NCBI GenBank assembly: GCA_951406725.2
Contig: OX597841.1
Span: forward strand, 22,754,001-22,818,000
Direction: 5' to 3'
DNA from: Octopus vulgaris
Lineage: Eukaryota
DNA length: 64,000 nt
A program made the position numbers and the translations under genes. Below are positions 11,923-23,973 of this stretch, piece after piece. The notes beneath the pieces were generated by a model. It did no database searches, was not told the origin of the DNA, and saw only the letters and a program-made list of their open reading frames with translations. Every line of letters starts with the position of its first letter. Within the stretch, counting starts at the first letter, position 1.

Positions 11923-12166
11923 GTTTCATGTTCGTCTCTGTTGCGTTGCATTCTTTCCTTCTGTGGCTGGCTGATTCGGAGCGGATCTCAGAATTGAACG
12001 GCCGAAATCTGCGATGAGGGATCAGTTTCTGACTGAAGAATGAAGGCTTTGAATGACCCGTTTGTCTTTTTGTTCGTCCCTTCGTGTATTTCACGTTATT
12101 TATTTATGTAAATGTTTATTATATATATATATATATAATATATATATATATATATGTGTATGTATG

Positions 12167-12197
<31 letters not shown>

Positions 12198-12873
12198 ATA
12201 TATATATGTGTGTATGAATATATATATGTGTGTGTGTATGTATATATGTGTGTGTATGTATATATGTATGTGTGTGTGTATGTATATATATATATGTGTG
12301 TATGTATATATATGTGTGTTTGTGTGTGTACGTATATATATGTGTGTGTGTGTGTGTAAGTATATATATGTGTGTTTGTGTGTGTGTGTATGTATATATG
12401 TGTGTGTGTGTGTATGTATATATATGTGTGTGTGTGCATGTATATATATGTGTGTGTGTATGTGTATATATGCGTGTGTGTATGTATATATATATATATA
12501 TGTTATTATTTATTTATCTAAAGGCTTATTATATACATATATATATATATGTGTGTGTGTGTATATATATATATATATGTTATTATTTATTTATCTAAAG
12601 GTTTATTATATACATATATATATATATGTGTGTATGTATATATATGTGTGTGTGTATGTGTATATATATATATATATGTGTTATTATTTAATTATCTAAA
12701 AGTTATTATATACATATATATATATATGTATGTGTGTATGTATATATGTGTGTGTGTGTGTATGTATATATGTTTGTGTGTGCATGTATATATATGTGTG
12801 TGTGTATGTATATATATATATATATGTTATTATTTATTTATCCAAAGGTTTATTATATACATATATATATATA

Positions 12874-12904
<31 letters not shown>

Positions 12905-13315
12905 GTTATTATTTATTTATCTAAAGGTTTATTATATACATATATATATATATGTATGTGTGTATGTATATATATGTGTGTGTGTATGTATATATATATA
13001 TATATATGTTATTATTTATTTATGTAAAGGTTTATTATATACATATATATATATATGTATGTGTGTATGTATATATATGTGTGTGTGTGTATGTATATAT
13101 ATGTGTGTGTGTGTTTCATGTTCGTCTCTGTTGCGTTGCATTCTTTCCTTCTGTGGCTGGCTGATTCGGAGCGGATCTCAGAATTAAACAGCCGAAATCT
13201 GCGATGAGGGATCAGTTTCTGACTGAGGATGAAGGCTTTGAATGACCCGTTTGTCTTTTTGTTCGTCCCTTCGTGTATTTCACGTTATTTATTTATGTAA
13301 AGGTTTATTATATAT
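11923..13315. repeat. X + TA/TG spacer + X
   Basis: Same structure as 6260-7678. Confidence 0.92.
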
Positions 13316-13316
13316 T

Positions 13317-15868
13317 TCGCAGCGTACGTGCATAATAACTTCTTTATGTTTATCATATCAAAACCCCTGCACGATGTCTTTAAACTATTTTCTTTCCTTC
13401 GCCATTGCTTCGTTGCCAAATTGTTTTGGCGCCTTTATCTCCCAGCCTCTCTGATTCCTTCTCTCCCTCTCTCTCTTGATCACTGCTTCTTCTCTGATTC
13501 CTTCTCTCCCTCTCTCTCTCTCGGTCACTGCTTCTGTCCTCGCCTTCTACCCTCCTTGGTCCCCTCTCTCTCTTAGCCCCTCCTCTCTCTTACCCTCTTG
13601 CGACTTGCTGCCTCAGCCATTCTCTTTCCATCGGCCACTTGTTCAACATGTGTCTTATCACCGAAAAGGTAATTATTTTTCCACGCTTGCTGATATTGTT
13701 TTTGTGTCTCTCTTTTTGTGTTAAAGCCATAGGGCGCCTGTGTCATCCATGTTTTTAACCGTTACCGGTCGCACATTGGCGCACTTGATGCCATCTTTGA
13801 GAACGAGCGGGGCAAAGATGGCAAGAATGGAGACGATGAAAGAAGTCACCCCCACCTGGTGGATTCCCGGGAGGAGGTTTTGAGTGAGAAACCTGCCCGG
13901 AAAGTGATCCCAGGTGCAAGTTCTCCAACCGGCAGCAAGGGCCATGGAGACGGAGAACCCGGTGAAGAGGTAGAGGGAGGAGGAAGAACTAAAAGAAGGA
14001 CTGGAAGAGCTAAAGGAAAAGCTCAAGCAGGACCAAAGGGTGAAACAACCAGGAATAGAAGTGGAACCGCAAAAGATGGAAACAAACAGCGCACACGGGT
14101 GTGTAGGTTCTACCTGAGAGGTTCCTGCTGGCATGGAAAGCAAGGTGCAGGCTGCCGCTTTGCACATCGGGGACCCTGCCACAGAGACACGAGGCAGATG
14201 GACAAACCATCAACACAAGGAAAAAGGATGGACCACGCACCACCTGCCCCAAAGCGGAGGTACGCAGATGTTGTGCGTGCCACAAACCGCCAACATGATG
14301 TTGTCGAAAGGGCAGCTGCTGAGCAACAATCTTTTTTGTGCATGGCACAAAAGATTGTACAGCAGCTGACCTGGCTTCATCAAACCCAAGCCCGCAGGTG
14401 GGACTACCCACTATATACAAGACCACCACAGCAAACAGACCCAGGATGGACACCGCCGGCAACAACGTACACCTCACCTCGATGCTTCTACTGAACATCA
14501 GAGGGCTGCAAACAATCAGTAACAGGACAAAAATCCCGTTCCTGACAGACTTTGTTGCATGCAATCAAGCCTTATGCATAGCACTTACGGAAATGCACCT
14601 GAAACCGGACATAGCAGATGCGGAGTTACACATACCACAGTATGCTGTACTACGGACCGACAGAAAAGAAAGGAGTCATGGAGGTGTTGTTATGTACATC
14701 CGTGAGGACGTCACACCCCAGGTCCTCTTGTCATACTCAAACTCGGTGTGTGACACACCAATTGTACATATTAGGCAACTTGATGTAGTTGTGTGTGCTA
14801 CATATCGCCCTCCAGATGCCCCAAGCCATGTGGGCAAGTTTGAAGACTGCCTTATAAAAATAGAAGAAGTTCTAACCACATTAGAACAACACATAAGTGT
14901 ACTTCTTATGGGAGACTTCAATCTGCCCAGTGTCAGATGGCCCGAGGGCCTTCCTCTCCCAGGAATGACAAGATGTGAACGAGGACAGGCGTTGTCCCTC
15001 CTGAACCTCATCAACACCCTGTACATGGAGCAGGTAATACTCCAATCAACCAGGGCAGGTAACACACTGGATCTCTGCTTCACAAATGACATGGATCTCA
15101 TCTATAATGTGAAAGTGACACCGACACTACTCTCGGATCACACATGATAGAGCTGACCAAAAGAGTACGGGCCAAAAGAGAGCACGGACATGCAGCCTAC
15201 AAGAAACCCTCAGAATCTTTCCAGCTTGAACTACCATAAGGCAAACTGGAAACAAATTGAGAAAGAGATCCTCAAACAAAACTGGCCTAAATGTCTCTCC
15301 TCGCCAGACATCGACGTGAAACTTCAACAATTCATGTCTGTAATGCAAGCCATATGCTACAAATGTGTCCCAGAGAGAAAGGCCACTGTACACAAGAACA
15401 AAATCCCCAGAGAGAGGAAAATTTTAATGAGACGGCGTACAAAATTTTCATCGAGAGTGAAAACTTTGGCATCGAGAGTTACGCAAATGCCAGAACTGGG
15501 CGCCACTGCGTGGTGCCTTGGACTCCAAACTCGCCATCAAGATGTAGGACAAGATTCTGTGATAGCCTGGGCTTCCGAGGCCCACAGCTCTTCAATATCC
15601 TCCCGAAGAACCTGAGAGACCTGCATGGGGTGGATGCAGATGTCTTTAAAATGAAACTGGATCTCTTCCTGTCAGGTGTCCCAGATGAACCAACTTCACG
15701 GCAGGAGGTGCAGATGAGGGCAGCTGCATCGAACTCTCTCATGCACCAAATGGCAGTTGCTAAAAAGCTTTCGTGAAGTAAAACCAAGTAGCAACACCAA
15801 ATGGCGGTGCCCCAGCATGGCCACAGCTCATAAGCTGAAACTAGAATCAATCGATCAATCAATCAATC
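13317..15868 (+). mobile_element. LINE copy 4 with ~1.68-kb internal deletion removing the RT domain
   Basis: ORF1 at 13859-14494 and APE present; sequence jumps at 15450/15461 from the linker to the C-terminal region. Confidence 0.9.
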
Positions 15869-15889
15869 ATGTCTCCAAAAACATTTTTC

Positions 15890-16861
15890 GTTTCATGTTC
15901 GTCTCTGTTGCGTTGCATTCTTTCCTTCTGTGGCTGGCTGATTCGGAGCGGATCTCAGAATTGAACGGCCGAAATCTGCGATGAGGGATCAGTTTCTGAC
16001 TGAAGAATGAAGGCTTTGAATGACCCGTTTGTCTTTTTGTTCGTCCCTTCGTGTATTTCACGTTATTTATTTATGTAAATGTTTATTATATATATATATA
16101 TATTATATATATATATATATATGTGTATGTATGTATATATGTATGTATGTATGTATGTATATATATATGTGTGTATGTATATATATATGTGTGTGTGTAT
16201 GTATATATATATATGTGTGTGTGTGTATGTATATATGTGTGTGTATGTATATATGTATGTGTGTGTGTATATATATATATATGTGTGTATGTATATATAT
16301 GTGTGTTTGTGTGTGTATGTATATATATGTGTGTATGTGTGTGTAAGTATATACATGTGTGTTTGTGTGTGTGTGTATGTATATATGTGTGTGTGTGTGT
16401 ATGTATATATATGTGTGTGTGTGTGATGTATATATATATGTGTGTGTGTATGTGTATATATGCGTGTGTGTATGTATATATATATATATATGTTATTATT
16501 TATTTATCTAAAGGCTTATTATATACATATATATATATATGTGTGTGTGTGTATATATATATATGTTATTATTTATTTATCTAAAGGTTTATTATATACA
16601 TATATATATATATGTGTGTATGTATATATATGTGTGTGTGTATGTGTATATATATATATATATGTGTTATTATTTAATTATCTAAAAGTTATTATATACA
16701 TATATATATATATGTATGTGTGTGTATGTATATATGTGTGTGTGTGTGTATGTATATATGTTTGTGTGTGCATGTATATATATGTGTGTGTGTATGTATA
16801 TATATATATATATGTTATTATTTATTTATCCAAAGGTTTATTATATACATATATATATATA

Positions 16862-16892
<31 letters not shown>

Positions 16893-17303
16893 GTTATTAT
16901 TTATTTATCTAAAGGTTTATTATATACATATATATATATATGTATGTGTGTATGTATATATATGTGTGTGTGTATGTATATATATATATATATATGTTAT
17001 TATTTATTTATGTAAAGGTTTATTATATACATATATATATATATGTATGTGTGTATGTATATATATGTGTGTGTGTGTATGTATATATATGTGTGTGTGT
17101 GTTTCATGTTCGTCTCTGTTGCGTTGCATTCTTTCCTTCTGTGGCTGGCTGATTCGGAGCGGATCTCAGAATTAAACAGCCGAAATCTGCGATGAGGGAT
17201 CAGTTTCTGACTGAGGATGAAGGCTTTGAATGACCCGTTTGTCTTTTTGTTCGTCCCTTCGTGTATTTCACGTTATTTATTTATGTAAAGGTTTATTATA
17301 TAT
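15890..17303. repeat. X + TA/TG spacer + X
   Basis: Same structure as 6260-7678. Confidence 0.92.
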
Positions 17304-17304
17304 T

Positions 17305-18794
17305 TCGCAGCGTACGTGCATAATAACTTCTTTATGTTTATCATATCAAAACCCCTGCACGATGTCTTTAAACTATTTTCTTTCCTTCGCCATTGCTTCG
17401 TTGCCAAATTGTTTTGGCGCCTTTATCTCCCAGCCTCTCTGATTCCTTCTCTCCCTCTCTCTCTTGATCACTGCTTCTTCTCTGATTCCTTCTCTCCCTC
17501 TCTCTCTCTCGGTCACTGCTTCTGTCCTCGCCTTCTACCCTCCTTGGTCCCCTCTCTCTCTTAGCCCCTCCTCTCTCTTACCTCTTGGACTTGCTGCCTC
17601 AGCCATTCTCTTGCCATCGGCCACTTGTTCAGCTTCTCTTTCCATCGGCCATGTGTCTTATCACCGAAAAGGTAATTATTTTTCCACGCTTGCTGATATT
17701 GTTTCTGTGTCTCTCTTTTTGTGTTAAAGCCATAGGGCGCCTGTGTCATCCATGTTTTTAACCGTTACCGGTCGCACATTGGCGCACTTGATGCCATCTT
17801 TGAGAACGAGCGGGCAAAGATGGCAAGAATGGAGACGATGAAAGAAGTCACCCCCACCTGGTGGATTCCCGGGAGGAGGTTTTGAGTGAGAAACCTGCCC
17901 GGAACTGTGATCCCAGGTGCAAGTTCTCAAACCGGCAGCAAGGGCCATGGAGACAGAGAACCCGGTGAAGAGGTAGAGGGAGGAGGAAGAACTAAAAGAA
18001 GGACTGGAAGAGCTAAAGGAAAAGCTCAAGCAGAAGGCCAAAGGGTGAAACAACCAGGAATAGAAGTGGAACCGCAAAAGATGGAAACAAACAGCGCACA
18101 CAGGTGTGTAGGTTCTACCTGAGAGGTTTCTGCTGGCATGGAAAGCAAGGTGCAGGCTGCCGCTTTGCACATCGGGGACCCTGCCACAGAGACACGAGGC
18201 AGATGGACAAACCATCAACACAAGGAAAAAGGATGGACCACGCACCACCTGCCCCAAAGCGGAGGTACGCAGATGTTGTGCGTGCCACAAACCGCCAACA
18301 TGATGTTGTCGAAAGGGCAGCTGCTGAGCAACAATCTTTTTTGTGCATGGCACAAAAGATTGTACAGCAGCTGACCTGGCTTCATCAAACCCAAGCCCGC
18401 AGGTGGGACTACCCACTATATACAAGACCACCACAGCAAACAGACCCAGGATGGACACCGCCGGCAACAACGTACACCTCACCTCGATGCTCCGACTGAA
18501 CATCAGAGGGCTGCAAACACTCAGTAACAGGACAAAAATCCCGTTCCTGAGAGACTTTGTTGCATGCAATCAAGCCTTATGCATAGCACTTACGGAAACG
18601 CACCTGAAACCGGACATAGCAGATGCGGAGTTACACATACCACAGTATGCTGTACTACGGACCGACAGAAAAGAAAGGAGTCATGGAGGTGTTGCTATGT
18701 ACATCCGTGAGGACCTCACACCCCAGGTCCTCTTGTCATACTCAAACTCGGTGTGTGACACACTAATTGTACATATTAGGCAACTTGATGTAGT
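17305..18794 (+). mobile_element. LINE copy 5, 3'-truncated in the APE domain
   Basis: Ends at ..caacttgatgtagt, then a partial downstream-type X at 18802-18891. Confidence 0.88.
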
Positions 18795-18885
18795 CTCAGT
18801 GTGAGGGATCAGTTTCTGACTGAAGAATGAAGGCTTTGAATGACCCATTTGTCTTTTTGTTCCCCTTCGTGTATTTCACGTTATT

Positions 18886-20770
18886 TATTTTTAAATAAAA
18901 GAATTTATAAAGCGATTCTCCCAAGGACCAAGGTTTGTTGGAAGCCTTGGGATGGAGAAGATGGTATGTTGAAGGGTTGTTTATGGTGAATCAAGTTCGT
19001 TTACAAACAGACGAATGTCCTGTTCAAGTAAAAGATTTTGATGTCTCTGCGGAAGGAAAGACAGTTGTGTGTGAAAAAGCCAATAATGGAAATGTTAAAA
19101 TATTCGATGAAGACGGCCAGTTGCTATGTCACAGAAATGCTGCAAGTTTAGTTGGTGGTGTGTGTTTTACACAAGAATCACACATAATGGCCACGGTTCC
19201 TAAAAGGAAAGAAATATTTCAACTGAATGGAGAAGATTTGCAGACATCTCAAGTTTGGTCGAGTCTCATCCCTTATGGTGTAATAGGGAGAAAAGTGGCG
19301 GGTATTTACTGATGTGAACATATTGAATTGATTGAATGTCATTGCATAAAGATTGATGGGGACCAAGTGAACATTCTGGAATCTGTGTCATTATTAAATC
19401 TTGATTCTGGTCTTCGTTTCCCTTCCATTACATCTGAAACGAACAAGGAAATATTCAGTAATGAATTAATTAATAAATTGGAATACAGAGGAGGAGATGG
19501 AGATGGAGGAGGAAGAAGAAGAGGTAAATCAGGTGAAATAATTGGTAAAGGTAGATTAAAGGTGAGATGTAGTAATTACCTAGCGGAGATTAATTATTCA
19601 GGAATTGATGAAATATCAGTGTGGAGACTTCCATATAGGACAGCAATGGTCCCTTTTTCCATTCCTGCATTCGAGGAACCTGTTGATTATGATTATTGGG
19701 ACATTAGGGACCGGAATAGTAAACTAATTAAGTTAGATGAGAATGTGAGTGTGTTGATGTTTCGAGAAAGTGTCACATTAATCAGAACAACAACAACAAC
19801 AGTGGACATACTTCAACATGAACAACAACAACGACCACCACTGGACATATGTCGGTGGACAGAGGAATGTTTCATTGTCGCCTTTGGGAGAGAAATGAGG
19901 GTCTTTAACAGGGATCTCCAGTTCAAGATTTTGAAAAACCATGCGGAAGGAAAGACAGTTGTGTGTGTGTGAAATACTAGCCAATAATGGAAATGTTATA
20001 AATATTCGATGAAGACGACAATCAACTCGTGTGTGGTGTGTGTTCATTATATTAGAGATATACACTCAAGAAGAGAGACATGAGGAATACCTAAAAGAAA
20101 ATGGAAGAAACAACTGAATGGAGAAGATTTGCAGACATCTCGACAGTTTGGTCGAGTCTCATCCCTTATTATGTGGATAGGGAGAAAAGATGGCGGGTAT
20201 TTACTGATGTGAACATATTGAATTGATTGAATGTCATTGCATAAAGATTGATGGGGACCAAGTGAACATTCTGGAAGGTCTGTCAGTCATTATTAAATCT
20301 TGATTCTGGTCTTCGTTTCACATCCATTACATCTGAAACGAACAAGGAAATGTTCAGTTGTTTTGAGGAGGGAGATGGAGGTGGAGGAGGAGTCTGGAGA
20401 TTGGGAAGTTTTGTGTTTTGTGGAATGGTTCAGGGAAAAGTCTTTGGTGAGGAGGATAAGAATAGAAGGAGGAAGGTTTTATGGTCGGGAATATTATATT
20501 GCAAGACCTCGTCTGACCATAATTGGTGAATGTGTTTATATAACAGAGATCATGAACAATATTTACGAAATACCTCGACATATTGAAGAGGAAACATCTG
20601 AAGATTATGAGATCCTGGGATTAAAAGATAATCCAAAATATTTACTCCTCAGACGGGATGATAATGAAGTCTTTGCAGTTCTTGGTTTGGATGTTTCAGA
20701 CAATTCTTTGATGGTTTTTGGAATTATTCCTGGACGTCAATCTTTTGCTTTCTTTTATTTTGACAAATAA
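18886..20770 (+). pseudogene. Disrupted intronless gene, probably a beta-propeller (NHL/TRIM-like) protein
   Basis: ORFs 18935-19312 and 19328-19972 are in one frame, split by a TGA. Blade-like segments (DFDVSAEGKTVVCEKANNGNVKIFDEDGQLL; GGVCFTQESHIMATVP). C-terminal ORF stops at 20770 overlapping AATAAA. Paralog at 36.0-36.5 kb. Confidence 0.55.
19943..20360 (+). repeat. Indel-rich internal duplicate of 19047-19460
   Basis: gcggaaggaaagacagttgtgtgtg...acgaacaaggaaat repeated with many small indels. Confidence 0.8.
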
Positions 20771-21024
20771 ATATTTCCAGAAATATTAAACTTCAATCTT
20801 CTTATTATTATTGTTGTTGTTGTAAATGGCTTCGCCCGGGAATCGAACCTGCATCGCATACATTACATTCTACACACTAACACTTATTGTTGTAACATTC
20901 CTCAAGACTCTCTCTTTTGTGTGTGTGTGTATATTTATATACAGTATGTGTACATGTGTTTATATATATATACACACATATTTAGGAATGTATGTATACA
21001 AATAAGGCTATAAGTATATATGTT

Positions 21025-21070
<46 letters not shown>

Positions 21071-21156
21071 TATATGCATGCATGTATGTATAGGAATGTC
21101 TGGTCCGAAACCAGAGACTTTCATAATCATTGATTCTCCATTAAAAGGCAGACGAC

Positions 21157-21510
21157 CAACAACAACAACAACAACAGCAGACGACAACCACCACCTCCGC
21201 CTCCATCATCATCGTCATCATCACCATCGTCATCACCATCATCATCATCAACATCACCACCACCATCATCGTCGTCATCAGCGTTGTGTGTGCGTGTGTG
21301 CAGTCTGCATCTGATAGTTTTTAACGTTTAATAAGAATAGATTGTTGTTGTTGTTGTTGTTGCAGTGACATTCCAACTGCACACACACACAAACATTGCC
21401 TTTCGTCCTCGTAGGGTTGTTGTTGTTGTTGTTGCAGTGACATTCCAACTGCACACACGCAAAAACATTGCCTTTCGTCCTCGTAGGGTTGTTGTTGTTG
21501 TTGTTGCTGT
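21157..21510. repeat. CAA/CAT/GTT trinucleotide repeats and a ~72-bp tandem duplication
   Basis: gcagtgacattccaactgcacacac..gtcctcgtagggttg occurs twice. Confidence 0.85.
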
Positions 21511-21789
21511 TGGGGATTCATAAAAAAAGAGAAGGACATTTTAAGAAGCATTCAGTAAAAGCTTTCCCATAGCTGGTCATTTTTCACGCTTAGAAATAGA
21601 AACCACTTTATTTTTCATATAAAATTTGAAGGACAATTTGCAAAGCATCCATGTCAAATATTGTCCTATAGATGGCCTAACATCATGCTAGAAATAACAG
21701 CCAAATACTCTGAAATTTGTATCGTTTTTCATAAAAAACGTGAAGGACACTTTTTGCAAGAAGCAACTCTAAAAATATTGTCCTGTGGC

Positions 21790-22860
21790 GGTTTTAAGTG
21801 TAAAATATTATAAAAGTATGCATCTATGAGTTTTATGTGTTTAAAAACATAGCAAAGACATGTGTGTATATGTAGATATATATAAATATACATGTGTATA
21901 AAGGTTCCTTTATGATGTATATGCTTCTTCTCTAATAACTTGCAGAGAAATGGATATTTTTCATGGAATTTCCTACAAATATGCTTCAGATGGTGTAGAT
22001 TCCGATTCTATGGGGATTTATTGGGAAAACTTTTTTTGTCTTTCATAACAAAGGCGAATCTTGTGAATTTTCTGAAACTGCTTTTCCCACCCAGGGACAA
22101 ACGGTTTTCACAATGAATTCCGATTTAATCGGAATCTAAACCATCTGAAGAATATTTGTAGTGTAAAATATTCATTAAAAAATGCATCTATGGTTTTGTG
22201 AAAAAACATTGTGAGGAAGACATGTGTGTATATGTAGCATATATACAGATATATACCCCCATGTGTATAAAGGTTCCTTTATGATGTATATGCTTCTCGT
22301 AACTTGCAGAAAAATAGATATTTTTTGAAGGAAACTTTCAACAAATAATCGCTTCAGATCCTATAGATTGAGTTTTTGTAAGGATTTGTTGGGAAAACAT
22401 TTTCTTTCAAACAAAGGGTTGTGAATTTTCTGAAAGGAGTTTCGCAAAATTCACACAACCAGACATTTAATCGGAATCTAAACCATCTGAAGAAATATTT
22501 GTAGGAAATTTCATTAAAAAATATTTAATTTTGTGAAATTTGTGAGGAAGCAAATTCGGCATAACTACAGATGTATAAACCGACTTTGTTTCCTCATAAC
22601 TTGCAGAAAAATGGATATGTTTTGAAGGAAACTTTCAACAAATAATCGCTTAGATCCTATAATTGAGTTTTTGTAAGGATTTGTTGGAAAAACATTTTTT
22701 GCGGAAAGGAGATTTCGCAAAATTCACACAACCAGACATTTTCCTCCTCATAAATTTCAGGAAATGGGTATTTTTGAATGAAATTTTATAGATTAATAAC
22801 TTTCAAACGATGTAGATTACGATTAAAAAGAAATTTGTTGGCAAAATGTTTTGTAAGAGG
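21790..22860. repeat. AT-rich degenerate tandem repeat region
   Basis: Recurrent aacttgcaga(g/a)aaatggatatttt, atcggaatctaaaccatctgaaga and tcgcaaaattcacacaaccagacatt blocks. Confidence 0.6.
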
Positions 22861-22911
22861 TCGAGGGAAAATGTGTGTGATTTAAGGGAGATTTGGCTGT
22901 TGTTTCTAGCA

Positions 22912-23670
22912 CCCTGGGTATCGACATGAGTGAGGATACCTCTTTCCAAGTGCACATTACCAGGATGGCGACAAAGTGCAGACGACTGGCTGGATGGATC
23001 TTAAGAACATTCAGAACCAGAGATAAGGAAACCATGATGGTCCTCTGGCGGACATTCGTCCTCAGCCGCCTGGATTACTGCTCACAGCTATGGTTACCCA
23101 CCAGTGTGAAATTAACAGCGGGTCTTGAAGCAATCCAGAGAAGATTCACAAAGAGGATCATCTCTTTGCAACAGCTCAGCAACTGGGAAAGGTTGGGACA
23201 GCTAAGACTCTACTCCCTGGAGAGAAGACGGGAGAAGTATGCAGTAATATATATCTGGAAGATCCTGGAAGGAATTGTGCCAAATTTTGGCATTGTAAGC
23301 TACACCATGCCAGAAGAAGCCGACACTACGTAGTGCCAAAGATCCCAGCAATGCCATCATGCTTCAGGACCAGCTACTGCAATAGCCTGGGCTTCAGGGA
23401 CCCACAGCTTTTTAATATTCTCCCAAAGAGCCTGAGGAGCCTGCACAAAGTGGATGTAGGGGTTTTAAAATCAAAGCTGGACCTCTTCCTGTCGAGAGTC
23501 CCAGATGAACCTACCTCATGGCAAGAGGTGCAAATGAGGATAAGCAACATCAAACTCCATTCTTCACCAAGTGCCACATATTAGAGGAGACTCTCAGTAA
23601 TAACAGAGTAGCAAACGGTAGTGCTCCAGCATGGTCACAACTCTGAGCTGAAACTACAAAAAGAAAAAAT
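22912..23670 (+). mobile_element. Older 5'-truncated relative of the array LINE
   Basis: KCRRLAGWILRTFRTRDKETMMVLWRT..LYSLERRREKYAVIYIWKILEG; frameshifted; same tail ggtagtgctccagcatggtcac..gctgaaacta. Confidence 0.9.
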
Positions 23671-23687
23671 ATGCATGTATGTATGTA

Positions 23688-23973
<286 letters not shown>

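Larger units (their letters stand above)
1..18891 (+). repeat. Head-to-tail tandem array (5 copies visible) of a ~5.64-kb unit: [200-bp repeat][LINE][200-bp repeat][TA/TG spacer]
   Basis: The same ORF2 end (..QMAVAKKLS*) occurs at 1743, 6145, 11809 and 15776. The upstream repeat motif 'catgttcgtctctg' is at 7481 and 13117 (period 5636). The array runs off the left edge. Confidence 0.95.

Noticed and set aside
7477-12120. LTR retrotransposon interpretation
   Set aside because: APE plus non-LTR RT and an (AATC)n tail; no integrase, protease, PBS or TG..CA ends
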